From: the human T2T-CHM13v2.0 reference genome, Homo sapiens | Direction: 5' to 3' (one strand) | Assembly (NCBI RefSeq): GCF_009914755.1 | Contig: NC_060929.1 | DNA: 64,000 nucleotides | Part shown: positions 1 through 13,423 of the stretch, one piece after another | Numbering within the stretch: the first letter of the stretch is position 1 | How the letters are laid out: each line of letters opens with the position of its first letter | Program-made: the position numbers and the translations under genes | The notes under the pieces: generated by a model | Database searches by the model: none | What the model was told of the DNA's origin: nothing | Seen by the model: only the letters and a program-made list of their open reading frames with translations

Positions 1-895
1 GGGGTGAGAATGCTGGATCAAATGGTAGTCCTACTTTTAGTCCTTTGAGGGTTTTTTATAGTGGCTGTAATAATGTACATTTCTACCAACAATGTAAGCA
101 TTCCCTTTTCTCTGCATCATTGCCAATATCTGTTGTTTTTTGAATTTTTCTTTATAGCTATTCTGATTTGTGTAAGTTGGTGTCTCATTGTGGTTTTAAA
201 TTGTATTTCTCTGATGATTAGTGATATTGAGAATTTTTCCACGTTTGCTGGCTACTTGTATGCCTGAAAATGAGAAATGTCTGTTCATGTCCTTTGCTTG
301 CTTTTTAATGAAGGTATTTGTTTTTTCTTTGTTGAGTTGTTTGAGTTTCTCATAGATTCTGGATATTAGTCCTGTTTTGGATGCATAGTTTGCAAATACT
401 TTTTCCCATCCATTCTGTAAGCTGTCTTTTAACTCTGTTGATTCTTTTCCAATGCAAAAAGTTTTTAGTTGAATTAAGCCTCATTTGTCTATTTTTGTTT
501 TGTTGCATTTGCTTTAAGGTCTTAGTCACAAACTATTTGCCTAGGCCAATGTCCAGAAGAGTAAAAAGCTGGAGGCATCATATTGTCTGACTCAAATTAT
601 ACTACAGAACCATAGTCACTAAAACAGCATGGTATTGGTATAAAAACAGAAACATAGATCAAAGGAATAGAATAAAGAACTCAGAAATAAAACCACATAT
701 CTACAACGAATTGATTTTCAACGAAGTTGATTAAAAAATACACTGGGGAAAGGATGCCCTTTTCAATAAACGATATTGAGAAAATTGGATAACCATATTT
801 AGAAGAATGAAACTAGACAAATATCTCTAATCATAGGCATAAATTAACTCATGATGGATTACAGACTTAAATGTAAGACCTAAAACTACAGAATA
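1..895 (-). mobile_element. Old L1 (L1MA/L1PB-like) with 5' inversion; minus-strand 3' part 1-~561, inverted plus-strand part ~562-895
   Basis: 1-560 is antisense ORF2 3' sequence ending at ctaggccaatgtccagaagagt. 562-895 is sense ORF2 (aaagctggaggcatca...aagacctaaaactaca), which lies just upstream of that point in L1. Confidence 0.85.
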
Positions 896-1429
896 AGATG
901 GTTTTCTTTAAAAGTTTTAAGATGAAATTCAGTCAAGTATAAAAAGTTTTTGTAATATTGTCTTCTATATGCACTATGAGCTGATGTGATATCAGAAAAG
1001 TAATCTATCCAAAGAAAAATATTAACAACAGTTTACTACAAAATGTATTTTTGACACTCTGTCTATAATCATAAAGATTTTCTTTGGTAATCACAGGGCA
1101 GCTGTACTGAGAGTAATTTGTTTTCTTAGCCTGTTTTTTTTTTTTAATTTACTGCTTAGTATTTTTTACATAAAATATAACATATATGAAATGTATGGAA
1201 ACATAGACTCCCACCATGCTGTCACGTTTCCTTTTACTAGATGAAAATCTCTTTTCCTTTAGCAAAATTTCCATTTAAAACTTACAGATCAAGTGAATAT
1301 CTGTATTTAATTATATGGATTTCCAAAAATATAACTTATTTGATAAAACATTTAACTAAAATAGATCTGTTAAGACTAAAATAACTTTGTAGATTATTAT
1401 TAACATCTAAGTTTATGCTTTATTCATTA

Positions 1430-1860
1430 TTCAGATAGATGAAATTGTTCAGCAATGATCATCAACTGCTGTTGGATAATTACAAATAGAAAAAGTAAAG
1501 GTCATTTCAACAAGGCTAATGGTAACCTTATTTTAATGGAATTTCCAGATAATAAAAACCAGTAGGTTAAAAGATTAATGAGATAGAGAAAAAAAAGACA
1601 GTGAGCATATTCAAGATCTTCATTGTCCAGTTGAGAAGAGATTTAACTGCAGTTTGAAGCAAGCATGGAGCCAATAGAAGGTATTGATTTTTCATTTTCT
1701 TATTTTTAAGATGACAGATACTAGAATATTTTAAATTCTTTGTGGAAAAACCCAGTGGAGAAAGGAGCTAATAATACCAGACATTTTACAGAAAGAAAAG
1801 CGATCAAGGTTCCTAAGTAATGGAGAATAAGTTTATGAAAAAGGATTTGCTTAGACACAA
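1430..1860 (-). mobile_element. Degraded L2 LINE fragment
   Basis: Purine-rich decayed sequence resembling the L2 antisense strand; by eye only. Confidence 0.4.
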
Positions 1861-3439
1861 AGAAAAGGGCAGCTCTTTTTTGTTTTGAGATAAAATACTA
1901 TTAAATGCTAAAAAGAATATTAAACTTACATTGCCTAAATATGAATCCTAAAGTTTTGACATAATAAAAGGTGTTACAGAGTAATCTAGAAAAAACAGTG
2001 CTTCATTGAAGGACTTGTACTAGGATACAAAGGAGTATAAATTTCATAAAAAGAAAGAAAAGGAAAAACTTCCCATCTCCAGCTCTTCCAAAGAGGTCTA
2101 AGGAACTGCTTGTCTTTAAGGAGAACATCCTCCAAAGCTAACCAGGACATATTCTGGCAGAAACATCTATCAGATACCTTCTTCCTTCTCTTCCCAAAAG
2201 ACATAGAAAGGTTATTTTGATATCTTCAAAGAATTTAAATTCCTCAATTTTAATAATATATTATCTTTTTGATAATATCTTATATTTTTGACATTTATAT
2301 TCTAAATATTTTAGAAATTCCTATCTAAATATAAAATTCCATAGCACAGTATAGAAAACAGATACAGATAAATCTTCTTAACATGGTAATATTTTCAAAT
2401 ACCTTTTTGTCAAGGCATACATAAAGTAGTCACAGAAATTTTTTTTACTTTATATCATTTATTCTATAAGTACAGAATATACAGTCTGTGTATATACCCA
2501 TCTAGGAATAAAAACAAAATAAATTATACGTATAACATTTTCACTTATATTCTATTCCTCTGACAACTAAAGCCAATGGGGTAGTTTAAAAATCTGAAAG
2601 AAAGGTTGTGGAGAGTAAAGAAATGCAATAATATAGTGAGTTTTCCATGTAGCTTCTACTGCATGTGAGTGTTCCTGCAGTGGTATAGCCATTTATTCCC
2701 TAAACAGATTTGCCTCATCTTAAGAATATCATGGGACATATGGGGCTCAAGAAGATCTTTCTGTCTTTGCTCTGAGTATATATCGTGTTACAAGAAGAAA
2801 ACTTCCAGCTCCAACATAAAAGCAAAATTGAGAAAAAACACTGAACTCTTACGAGGCTCTAATGTGGAGATATTCTTCAATTTTATCACTTACATTGTGT
2901 CATATGAAATAGCTCTCCTCCCTATCAAACATCATTTGGACACTCATAGGGAGTTCTTATCATTGTTTTTGAGGCATACACTAAATAACTTGAGTAATTT
3001 TCCCTGATTGACTTTATCATTATTAAATTGTATTTCTTAATATTATTCTGAGTTTCATTGATGGGAGTCTGATGAAGACCTAGGCCCTAGCCAATACCCT
3101 AAAACTTACAACTATAGGAACTTTGTGAAAATATCACTTTGGTTATCAGCATTTACCTATCAACAGTTGACTCCCCCGACTCCCCTGTGTTCAATATACA
3201 TGAAATAAAACAACATGCATAAAACCATATAACAAGAAAAGAACTCAGAAACTATGAGGTAGTATCAGAAGCTCAAGATTCCCAGGAGATACACATGGTT
3301 TAGTAAAGGCAACATAAAAGAACATCAGAACAAGTCTAGTGGCTGTTATTTAAGAAGTAAGGACTAATGCCTGTGGGGGTGAAGGTGGCCAGTCTGACTA
3401 CTGGAGCAGGACAGACAATGCTTACCTGCCTTTAGAAAA

Positions 3440-3570
3440 TGACATTATTAGAATAGCTTGTGACAATCAGCAAATCATTCAACCCCTAAAGTCCAGCTTC
3501 ATTTGTAGAGTGCCAGGAGCTGATTAAATGTTTTAGAAATTCCTATCTAAATATAAAGTTCCATAGCACA
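3440..3570 (+). mobile_element. MIR/MIR3 fragment
   Basis: gtgacaatcagcaaatcattcaacccctaaagtccagcttcatttgtaga resembles the MIR core, followed by a MIR3-like tail. Confidence 0.5.
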
Positions 3571-3724
3571 GGATAGACAAGTACATGGAGAATGAACACT
3601 AGAGACAGAAATTCTGCCTTGCATGCTTCTTCCTAAACATCACTTGGATCTAGTATTCTTTATACGGCTGTGTGTGTCTATGTATATGTATTATACACGT
3701 ATATAATATATAATATACACGCAA

Positions 3725-4400
3725 CAGATATTTTTCTGCTTAATTTGGCTTAATTTGATATTCTTTTTCTTGTATCTTAAGGTAGAAGCTAAAGTCATAG
3801 ATTTTATACCTTTTTTTGCTAACAGTTTATTAGTGTATAATTTCCTACATATAATGCTTTAGATGTAGCTCACAAATTTTGATAGCTTGTGTATTCATTC
3901 TTCTTCAGTATAAATAATTTCTAATTTCCCTTTTGATTTGTTTATTTTTGGCCCCATGTGTTACTCACAAATTCTTTAGTTAGTTTCCAAATGTTTGAGG
4001 ATATTTTTCAGATATTTTCCTGTTAGTGCTTTACAATTTTATTTCATCCAGGTCATAAAACATATCTTGCATCACTGAAATCCTTACAAATTTATTGAGG
4101 CTTGTTATATAATTTACAACATGGTCTGTATTGGTGAATGTTCTTTTTTCGCTAGGACTGTGTATTGGTAATGTTGTGTGGAGTGCTCTGGAAATGTCAA
4201 TTAGATCAAACTTGATAGTTGTTGATTTGATGAAGTATTTTCTTTCTTTACTGATTTTCTGTCTACCTGTTCCATCAATTTTTGGGGACAGGTATTAACA
4301 CGTCTCTAAGTATAATTATGAGTATTTCTACTTTTCCCTCCTAAAGCTCTTTAATTAGGTATATAAATGTTTAGATCAGTGTGTCATCTTGTTGATTTCA
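3725..4400 (-). mobile_element. Ancient L1M ORF2 fragment
   Basis: T-rich antisense L1M motifs (aatttattgaggcttgtt, atggtctgtattggtgaatgttc, tttactgattttctgtcta). Confidence 0.75.
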
Positions 4401-5927
4401 TGCCTGAGGGTAAGCAGGAAAAGCGAACAAAAATCTATTATCTCGTTTGTCCTAGAATAAAGTTGAGTATATTGAAAAAGAAGTTTCTTTCTAGTTAAGA
4501 CATAAATAAGTTTATGTCAGCAAATTGATGACTTAAAGCTTGAAATATGGAGAAGCAATTTAAGTTCCTGGGGGAAAGCACAGAGAGAAGATGGAGAAAT
4601 CAGCATATGGGAGGAGGGCTTGGTGAGAGACAGGACTAGAAGGATACCCAACGGTAAGGGTAATCAAAATGGTACCCTGCAAAGCTGAAATGATTAAGAC
4701 AGGACTGGTCTTTTCTGTAGGATATATGACATAAACTTTTCCTGTAAATGACCCATAATATATTTATTCAAGTATGCTGTTATACTTCTATTTTTTTTAT
4801 TCAAGTAGAATCTTTTGCCCAAATTAGAAAAGTTCTTGAATCTCAAGTCTTAGTTACCTTTGTGAGGCCTGGAGATCTGGAGATGGCAAAAATGCAAGAA
4901 CACTTAGTCAATTTTGACCATTAAAATGGAAGTTTCTGAGAGTTTAAAGGAGTTTAGGAACCTTTGGACTTTCTCAAACTAGAATTTAGGGGTGGAGGGA
5001 TTATATTTTTCCTAGCTGGAAGGTGAAATTGACCAAAATAAAGATTTTATTATTATTAAATATACTGAAGTTACCTTTTGCAGAAGTGGATATAGTAGAA
5101 AGAAGTCCTAAATCCTAATTTTTGTACATATATATATTATGGTTTCTTATACTTAACCGTAGGGAATGACAATGGTGAGACACAGTATTAGTAAATTTGA
5201 ATAATTTGCCATTTGTCTATGGTCAGATGTTATTCTAGTTATAGTTTTTAGAATTAAAACATGTAAACTTATACATTATTGACAGAGAGTTCATACATCT
5301 GCTTATAATGAGTTACAGGGTCATTAAAGGGAAATTTACTTTTATCTGAGGAAGGTTATAGAGTCTTTACTTATGCTGTTTGAGTTGTGTTTACAGCTGT
5401 CCATATGGCCAAACTTTAACAATCTTTCACACAGATAAAAAATTCATTTGCAATCACTCAAATATACTTAAGCATAAAGAACATATACCCAGAAATGTCT
5501 GCAGATAATTAAAAGGAAAACCAGCAATTTTGAGGATATGGCGTATGATTTAAAGTATGCTATCTACTTTAAGTTTTTTAGAGGAACAGATGGGCCCTTT
5601 TCTTAAAAAGGCAATAGCTTCCACTGAGCTGCAGGGCCTTTGAGTGGCTCAGTGCAGCAGGTGCTGTGGTGCAATGAGGATATGGTAGTGGGCGTGCTGC
5701 CAGCAGAAAAACCTCCTCCACCCCCAATGGAATATCCTCAGAATAAATGATAAAAAGTGAAGTAAGAGCTACTAATAAGTTCTTTTAGAAGGATATTGAA
5801 AAGTTCTAAAATTCAAAACCCATGCCTCATTCAACCTGTGGAATCAGGACTGGTTCTGAAGTATAAACTTTCCTATATTTGACACTTCCAGTGAAGTTTA
5901 AAAACAGGTCAGACAAACATCCATAAG

Positions 5928-6172
5928 CATACTGTGAGGTGGTTGAAAATAATGGATAAAGCACTGGCTTCACATCTTGCTGCAACATGACCTCCCTATG
6001 TGGTGTTGGGCATGTTATTTAAAATCTCTGGGCATTGATTCATCATCTAGAAGACATAAATGATAACGGCAACTACCTGACTGGGTTGTTGTGAGAGTAA
6101 ATGACATGGAACGTGTGTAAAACTACACAGAACTATTCACTGCATGTAGTCATTGTTTAATAAATGTTTGCT
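5928..6172 (+). mobile_element. MIR SINE
   Basis: Core tgtggtgttgggcatgttatttaaaatctctggg...ggttgttgtgagagtaaatga...aataaatgtttgct. Confidence 0.75.
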
Positions 6173-6616
6173 CATATTGTGAGCAAATTTCCTTACCAAA
6201 GAATGTCCATTTAGTACCTTTCTCCTACAGGCCATATTACATGCTACATCTTGGGGAGGTATACTTAAAGACTTCCATAAATAGGTTTATGAACCACTAT
6301 ATTATAAAAGCCATTTCATTGATATCTGAGCTTTCCAAAAGCATTAAAAAAAAAGGTGAGCATCTAGAAAATGGCTCCTTATTCTTAAGAAATACAAACA
6401 AAAGGCTCAGTCAAAACTTGATTTATTGTTTGGGGGAGAAAATGATCTTTGCCTTACGCCATCAACCTATATTATCATGTTAGTTCAAAAGCCTCTTAAT
6501 TGAACAATTTCTTTATTACATAGTATCTACAGAATGAAAATCCAAAGACATTCATTTTATGAATTATCACTAATTATAATAATAAAATAAATGATTAACT
6601 TTATACTTATTTTTTT

Positions 6617-6702
6617 ATAGAGAAAACAGGTTTATTTCACTCATAGTTCTGCAGGCTATACAGGAAGTATGGTGGGGGCATCTGTTTCTGGAGAGGGCCT
6701 CA
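6617..6702 (-). mobile_element. MST (MaLR) LTR fragment
   Basis: gaaaacaggtttatttcactcatagttctgcaggctatacaggaagtatggtg...gggcctca matches the MSTA/MSTB antisense strand. Confidence 0.7.
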
Positions 6703-6728
6703 ATACATCTATTAAGAATTATAAAGTC

Positions 6729-7030
<302 letters not shown>

Positions 7031-7208
7031 TCAAGCTTTATAATTCTTAATAAATTTATTGAGAATGGTCTAATTTGTAAGACTGCATTACTGCTATAGG
7101 GATCATGTTAAAATATTTGGCCTTTAAATTTAATAAAATTCTGTCAGCAATATGTGAGAACCAAAATATTCAATTGTGCAAATGCAGATTGTGTTTTATG
7201 AGATTAAA

Positions 7209-7229
7209 TATAGATAGATGATAGATGAC

Positions 7230-7278
<49 letters not shown>
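7209..7278. repeat. (GATA)n tetranucleotide microsatellite
   Basis: Direct reading. Confidence 0.98.
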
Positions 7279-8096
7279 TTCTGTTAATATTTGTTGTCAG
7301 GAAAAGCTCAAAAGGAAAGACAGTGAAACAAACAGCAGTGGCTTCCTCTGAACTGAGAAAATCCAAAAAATCAGGCTGCAGTCACTTCTTTACCTGAAAA
7401 TAAGAGCTGAGCCCAACCACATTTGACAACTAGGGATAAAGGAACACAGAAGCTGGTAGTTTATTTTTTTACATCAGCATTTGTCTTTTTGTAGATTTTA
7501 CTGTAAGTTTAAATACATCCCTTCACCTGGAAAGATACGCACAAACACAAAGCCGACTGCATTGGTATGGAACATGCATTTCTCTGGCAAGGCCTCATTT
7601 TCTCTTATCAATGGGAAAACTAAATCGTGTGGGTGAACTCCCATTCTCATGTGGGAGTGAATTATCAGCAAGAGCTACAGTTCATTTAACTAACTCAGTT
7701 CTGAGTTGATATTCATGCCCCAAAGTGCCCCAGCCTTCAGGAAGAGGTGGATCCCAAAAGCCACCCTGGACTCCTGCCTCCTAAAAGGGTCTCTGTGATC
7801 TTGGTAGAGCAAGTTCTGCTCCAATGCTAAACCAAGGTTGACATCTGGTGGGCAGTTTCATCCTCTGTGAGCCCAGGTGACTTCCACAAACTCCATCCTG
7901 GGTACTCGAAGTAGTTGTGTGCAGCCTGGTCTAGGCTTTAGGACCTCCTGTGAGACCAAGGGTAACTTGGGGTGCAAATCACATTCCTCTTCTCTCATTT
8001 GTTCGCACAGGACTAGGTGAGTCTACAGGAGAGGGGAGTACCAGCCCCATGTCCAGAAACACTGCTCACATGCACAGGGGATGTATTTTTAAAACT

Positions 8097-8430
8097 GGCC
8101 GGTGTGGTGGCTCACGCCTGTAATCCCAGCACTGTGGGAGGCTGAGGTGGGTGGATCACGAGGTCAAGAGATCGAGACCAGTCTGGCCAACAGGTCAGTA
8201 GAGATTTAGTAGATGTTTAGTAGAGACAGGTGAAACCCTGTCTCTACTAAAAATATAAAAATTAGCCGGGCATGGTGGTGTGCACCTGTAGGTCCCAGCT
8301 ACTCAGAAGGCTGAGGCAGGAGAATCCCTTGAACCCAGGAGACGGAGGTTACAGGGAGTGGAGATCTCGCCGCTGCACCCCAGCCTGGCAACAGAGTGAG
8401 ACTCCATCTCAAAACGAAACAAAACAAAAC
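8097..8430 (+). mobile_element. AluSc-like element with internal ~35 bp fold-back insertion
   Basis: gatcacgaggtcaagagatcgagacca diagnostic; non-Alu insert at ~8195-8228. Confidence 0.93.
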
Positions 8431-8754
8431 ATCCTTGCTTCTCTCAGCCAAGATAGCATTTTTCCAATTAATATGTGTGTGTATGTATATATGAAAGGAC
8501 TATAAAATAATAGGAGCGGGAATATTTAGATTATTTGAAATTGTTATCATCCTAAATTCCAATACATAAATAAATAAACAGATAAATCCACATCTCTCTC
8601 TTTGCAAACAGGTCTCTGTCCAAAAATCACCTCTCTAGTGAGGAATCTACTGTTCACCTATTTAAAAATGAGATTCCTATGACTATTTTAAAAAAGGACA
8701 TTTTCTTTTCTTCGACATACTTTTCTCCAGTGGTTAATGTTTTAATTTAAAGTT

Positions 8755-8888
8755 TTCTATCTTTCCCACTGGAATGTTAGCCATATAAAGGCAGTGACTA
8801 AGTTTCTCTGCTCCACTGCCACATTTCCAGAACTCTGCTCACAATGCCTGGCACAAAGAACAAGCTCAAAAATAGTAGCTGACTGAAT
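8755..8888 (+). mobile_element. L2 3' end
   Basis: ccactggaatgttagccatataaaggcagtgact...cacaatgcctggcacaaaga...gctgactgaat. Confidence 0.7.
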
Positions 8889-9048
8889 CCCTGGAGAAAT
8901 GAATGATGTAATTTGAGCAGAAGCCTAATGATGAATCTGATGCTTCCATTTTCCCATTAGAATGCACTGCTTTCAGAATACAATGGTGATAAAGACAGAA
9001 TCCCCGCTATCAAACAATTAACTTTCTGTGGTTATATTTAAGCTATGA

Positions 9049-10060
9049 TTTTTAACAACTTTATTGAGTTCTAATTCACATGCCAAAACTCTACCCAGTG
9101 AAAATGTGTCATCCAAGGATTTTTAGAAAATTTATATAATCATATCATCATCACCACAATTAAGTTTTAGAGCAGGTCCTTCAACCCAAAAATATTTCTT
9201 CTGCCTATTTTGTAGTGAATCTCCATGTCTAATCTTCACTCCAGGCAACTGTGAATCTTGTTTCTGTCTCTATATATGTTTTTATGCTTTTTCTAGACAT
9301 TTCATATAAATGAACCCATACAGTAAGTAGTTTGTGTGTGCCTTCTTTCATTAAGCATTGTTTTCTTGATGCTTCTTCAAGTCATTGCATTTATCAGGAG
9401 TGTATTTATTAACGGGTAACATTTCAATATATGGGTATACCTATTGTTTATCCATTTACCAGTGGATAAACATGTTTTGGCTATTATAAATAAGACTGTT
9501 AAGAACATTCATGCACAAACCTTTGTGTAGACATAAGTTTTCATTTCTATTGGGTAGACATCTACAGAACTGTTGAGTCACCTGTTAAGTGTATGTTTCA
9601 TGTCTTGAGAAGGTATAAAATTATTTCCAAAGTGCCATTTTATATCCCCACCAGCCAAATCTGGTGTTTGTACATTCTCACCAATTCTTGCTATTGTCCA
9701 TCATTTTGATTATGGACACTCCATTGTGTATGTGTTAAATGGTATCTTATTATGTTTTTAATTTGCATTTACCTAATGACTAATGATATTGAATATCTTT
9801 TTATGGATGTATTAGTTATTCTACTGTCTTCTTTAATGAAACATATTTGTAATCTTTTGTCCATTTTTAAATTTACTGTTATTTTATTTGTTGAGTTGTC
9901 ACCATTCTTTATGATTTACAAATATTTTCTCCCAATTTAATGAAGTCAAATTTATCAGTGTTGTCTTATGGTTTATGCTTGTGGTACATCTAAGAAACTC
10001 TTGCTTGCCCTGAGATAAAATCAATTATCTCCTGTTTTCTTCTAGAAGCTTGAGAGTTTT
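9049..10060 (-). mobile_element. Ancient L1 (L1MB/MC/ME) 3' end
   Basis: aactttattgagttctaattcaca 3' terminus, gacatttcatataaatgaa, ttttaatttgcatttacctaatgactaatgat. Confidence 0.85.
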
Positions 10061-11730
10061 AATTAGCTAATTAGCTAATTTGTAGCAACCGGTTGCCTAT
10101 TTACCTTTCATCTTTTCTCCCATGTAGCTTTTTTTTTCTTCTTCAGGTATTTGCAACCCAGGAATGAAGAAGCTCCCTCTCCTAATTTTGAACAGAGTGT
10201 AAAAATTTCTCTGATGCAATGGTGACCTGCATGTGTAACAGTCAGCCTACCCCACGGGCCATGGAACAGAAGGGCCACTGGTTACAGGAAGCAAAGTGAA
10301 ACACATGGTACACTAAATGAATTTTAAACATGCAGCAAGATGCAAGAGGCAGGAGAAGCAAGGGGGAAGAGATTAGGACAAAACTGGGGGTCAGGAGCTC
10401 AGCTGGGCTGCAAGAGAGCCCAGCCACCAGCTGTCAGAGAAGCCAGTTAAAGCAATAAGCCAAAAAGGAAAGGGTGAAGCCTTTAGTCACTTACTGTGAT
10501 GGTAAAGCAAAAGTCTAAAACCAAGACAGCACCGATTCCTATGTTCCATCTCTCCTCATGTCCAGGATCAGGCAAGACACCACAGATGTGGGGTCATTTT
10601 ACTTTTGAGGAAGCCCTGAACAAAAGGCTTTAGTGGTTTCATGGTCCCTGAAGTCTGAGGTCAGGAAGAAGGTCAGAAAGAGAGAAAGAGCCCTCAAGGA
10701 AGGAGGCCCCAGCAGAGGCCCTTGAAGACCACCTCTGCAGACGGCCTCGGGTAAAGAGACCTAGCAATGAAGCACTGAAGCTCAGAAAGAAACTTATGAG
10801 ACAGCGTGACTGGCCGGAGGGGCCTGAGCCCTTGACTGTAGCTCCCTTCAGAGGATGCATGCTTGGCTGTGGTGCACCAGCTCTGGCGTAGAGAAAGCAC
10901 TTTCCCCTTGCCAGGTGGAGCCTTTTTCATTGCCTACAGTGAGGCCTTAGGAATCACAATAGGTTTTTAACCTAAAGCTGGACTCATCTCATGGAAGGGC
11001 CACATGTCTTGACTCCTGTGTTATGCAATGTTCCCAGGATGTATCTTCCTCCTTCCCAAATCTACCTTAGTTGCTGATGTTCTTGTGGATCTTGTGGATC
11101 AACGTGGCAGAAGGAAGTCACCTTGAACCAACACTCCATTTTTCTATCACAGAGATGCTGGGGCAAAAACCCCAGACTCACCAATAACCAACTGAGAAAC
11201 CACAGTTTTTATCTGAGTACGTCAGGCACTGGACACATGGAGTCAGATGAATCCTACTAGGGGGTGGCCAATTTAAGGATGGCATAGGTTTCAAGATGGA
11301 GGCAACAAGATCAGCGCCTTATGCAGAAACGCAATTTACTTGATCCATCTATTCCTTTCCACTGAAATTCAGCACAGAGCTAACATATGAGCAAACTGCT
11401 TCTATTTTTTTAGCAGAATGGAATATTCAATTATTTCAAGATTTCTGAAGAAAAGCCACTGTTGGCCTCAAATATGAACAAAACTCACAAGGTTTTGTTA
11501 AATTACTTTGTCAATATTAAAGAAGTATATCAAAATAAACTTGGATTCTTATTAAAATTGCAAAATTAAAATAAAATTAAAGCCAAAAGTAGTTTTGAGT
11601 AGACATCTGCCTACATAAGTAATTCAAATAGATGTGAATTTTTATTAAAAATGGAATGAAGAGGAAAATTTTTAAATGCTCATCATGCACCCTTGCTAAC
11701 TAGAAATTTTGCTTCATTAAGGAAAATCAA

Positions 11731-12060
11731 GGCCAGACATAGTAGCTTTCTCCTGTAATCCCAGAGTTTTGGGTGGCTGAGACAGGAGGATTGCTTGAGG
11801 CCAGCACTTCAAGACCAGCATGGGCAACATAGTGAGACCTGTCTCTATAAAAAAGACAATAAAAACCAGTTTAGCATAATATGCACATGTCTATACCTAA
11901 CTGGGAGACTGACGTGAGAGAATTGCCTGAGCCCAGCAGGTCAAGGCTGCAGTGAGCTGCGATCACACCACTGCACTCCAGGCTGGGCGACAGAGTAAGA
12001 ATCTGTCTCTACAAAACAAACAAACAAACAAACAAAAAAAACAAACAACAACAAAAAAAG
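11731..12060 (+). mobile_element. AluJ
   Basis: aggaggattgcttgaggcca, ggtcaaggctgcagtgagc diagnostics; (CAAA)n tail. Confidence 0.92.
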
Positions 12061-13423
12061 TGGCAAAAAAATGACATAGGGCTTTTTAAAAATTCAAGTA
12101 CAGTAAAAACAAACAAAAAACAGAGGTAGAATGAAAAAAGGAATCACTAAAAGAAATGCTCAAAGAGAGCAGAAACATGTGGCAGTATGTTTTGAGAGCC
12201 TGTATTCATTTTAGGGTTTTCAAAGTAAATTCTAAGGATTAACAAATATATGGCAATACATGAATATATGATTTATTTGATCCCATATATACATTACTCT
12301 TCCTTTCCCTGGAGAATTAAGACAAAGTCCACATATGACTTTCACAATTGGCACATCTATCTTCAAACCTGTTTTATTCCTCATGAATTTTGTGTGCTTT
12401 CTAGAATAGATATGATAAATTACTTTTCCCAAAATAGTACAATCATTGGTATGATAATTAGAGTGAAATAAATTGCAGTGGTCATTTAGTAAAATGATGA
12501 ACCAGTTAGAACCAATCAGAGGCAGAAAACCTAACAATAAGACTATGATGAATAGATGAGTGATGGTAAAATCTGACCATGAGATGTACCCAGAGAAGAA
12601 CTAGGCTTCCATACCCAAAGCAATGAGCATTTCATTACGGAATTGGGGCATGCACGTAAGAGGAAGGGAATAGATTTGTAAATGTTAATATTGTATTCCA
12701 ATCATTTTATAGCCAAATTAGTTTCTTCCTACAAAAAGTCTCTATTCCCTGGAAAAACAAATTACATTGTAAAAAACACAATATTTTATTATACTTTAAT
12801 TTTCTTTTAGGAAATTACTTTTCCCTTTTTTGGCAGGGCGACATTCCTTGCATTCCTATTTTTCTTCTTTAGTATCTTTAAAGTTTTAAAATTAATTAAC
12901 CCACCCCCCCAACATAAAACTTTGTTGATCTTGAACTATTAAATCACTTTTAATTTTATCCAACAGGAACTATATTCAGATTATTTTTAAAAAACTTATA
13001 ACACAAATTTGAAATATATTTTGAATCAATAAGAGTTGGGTTATGCATGTTATTGCCAAAAGGGCAAACATTTTAAAAGTAATAATTAATTGGAATGACT
13101 TTTCTTATATTGATTCATGTGTTTTGGTTAAAAGCATGGGAAAAATCAGATTTTTTTGCTCTAAAAAGTATAAGTAAGAATTCAGAACTCTTGAAAGTAC
13201 TTTGGTCTAGAAAAATTAAGGCTTAAAATATTGGCATGTTCTGCTTTCCTGTAGTTTTGCTTTAACTCACAGTCATATGTTAGTAGTAGTTCAGGTTTTG
13301 CTATCAATTCAAAAGCACAGAGACTTTCAGTCTTGCTTCTTCAAATAACAAAAGTGCCAACCTGGTAGAGTCACAATTGGAACTGAGACTGGAAAGATTA
13401 ATAAGTTAATATGTTAAGAATTG

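Noticed and set aside
10639-10930. Possible processed pseudogene in the 10.1-11.3 kb unique segment
   Set aside because: Translations resemble no protein I recognise; no poly(A) tail or TSD is visible.
11252-11268. CTCF-like motif ctactagggggtgg
   Set aside because: Mismatches at key core positions; no supporting evidence.
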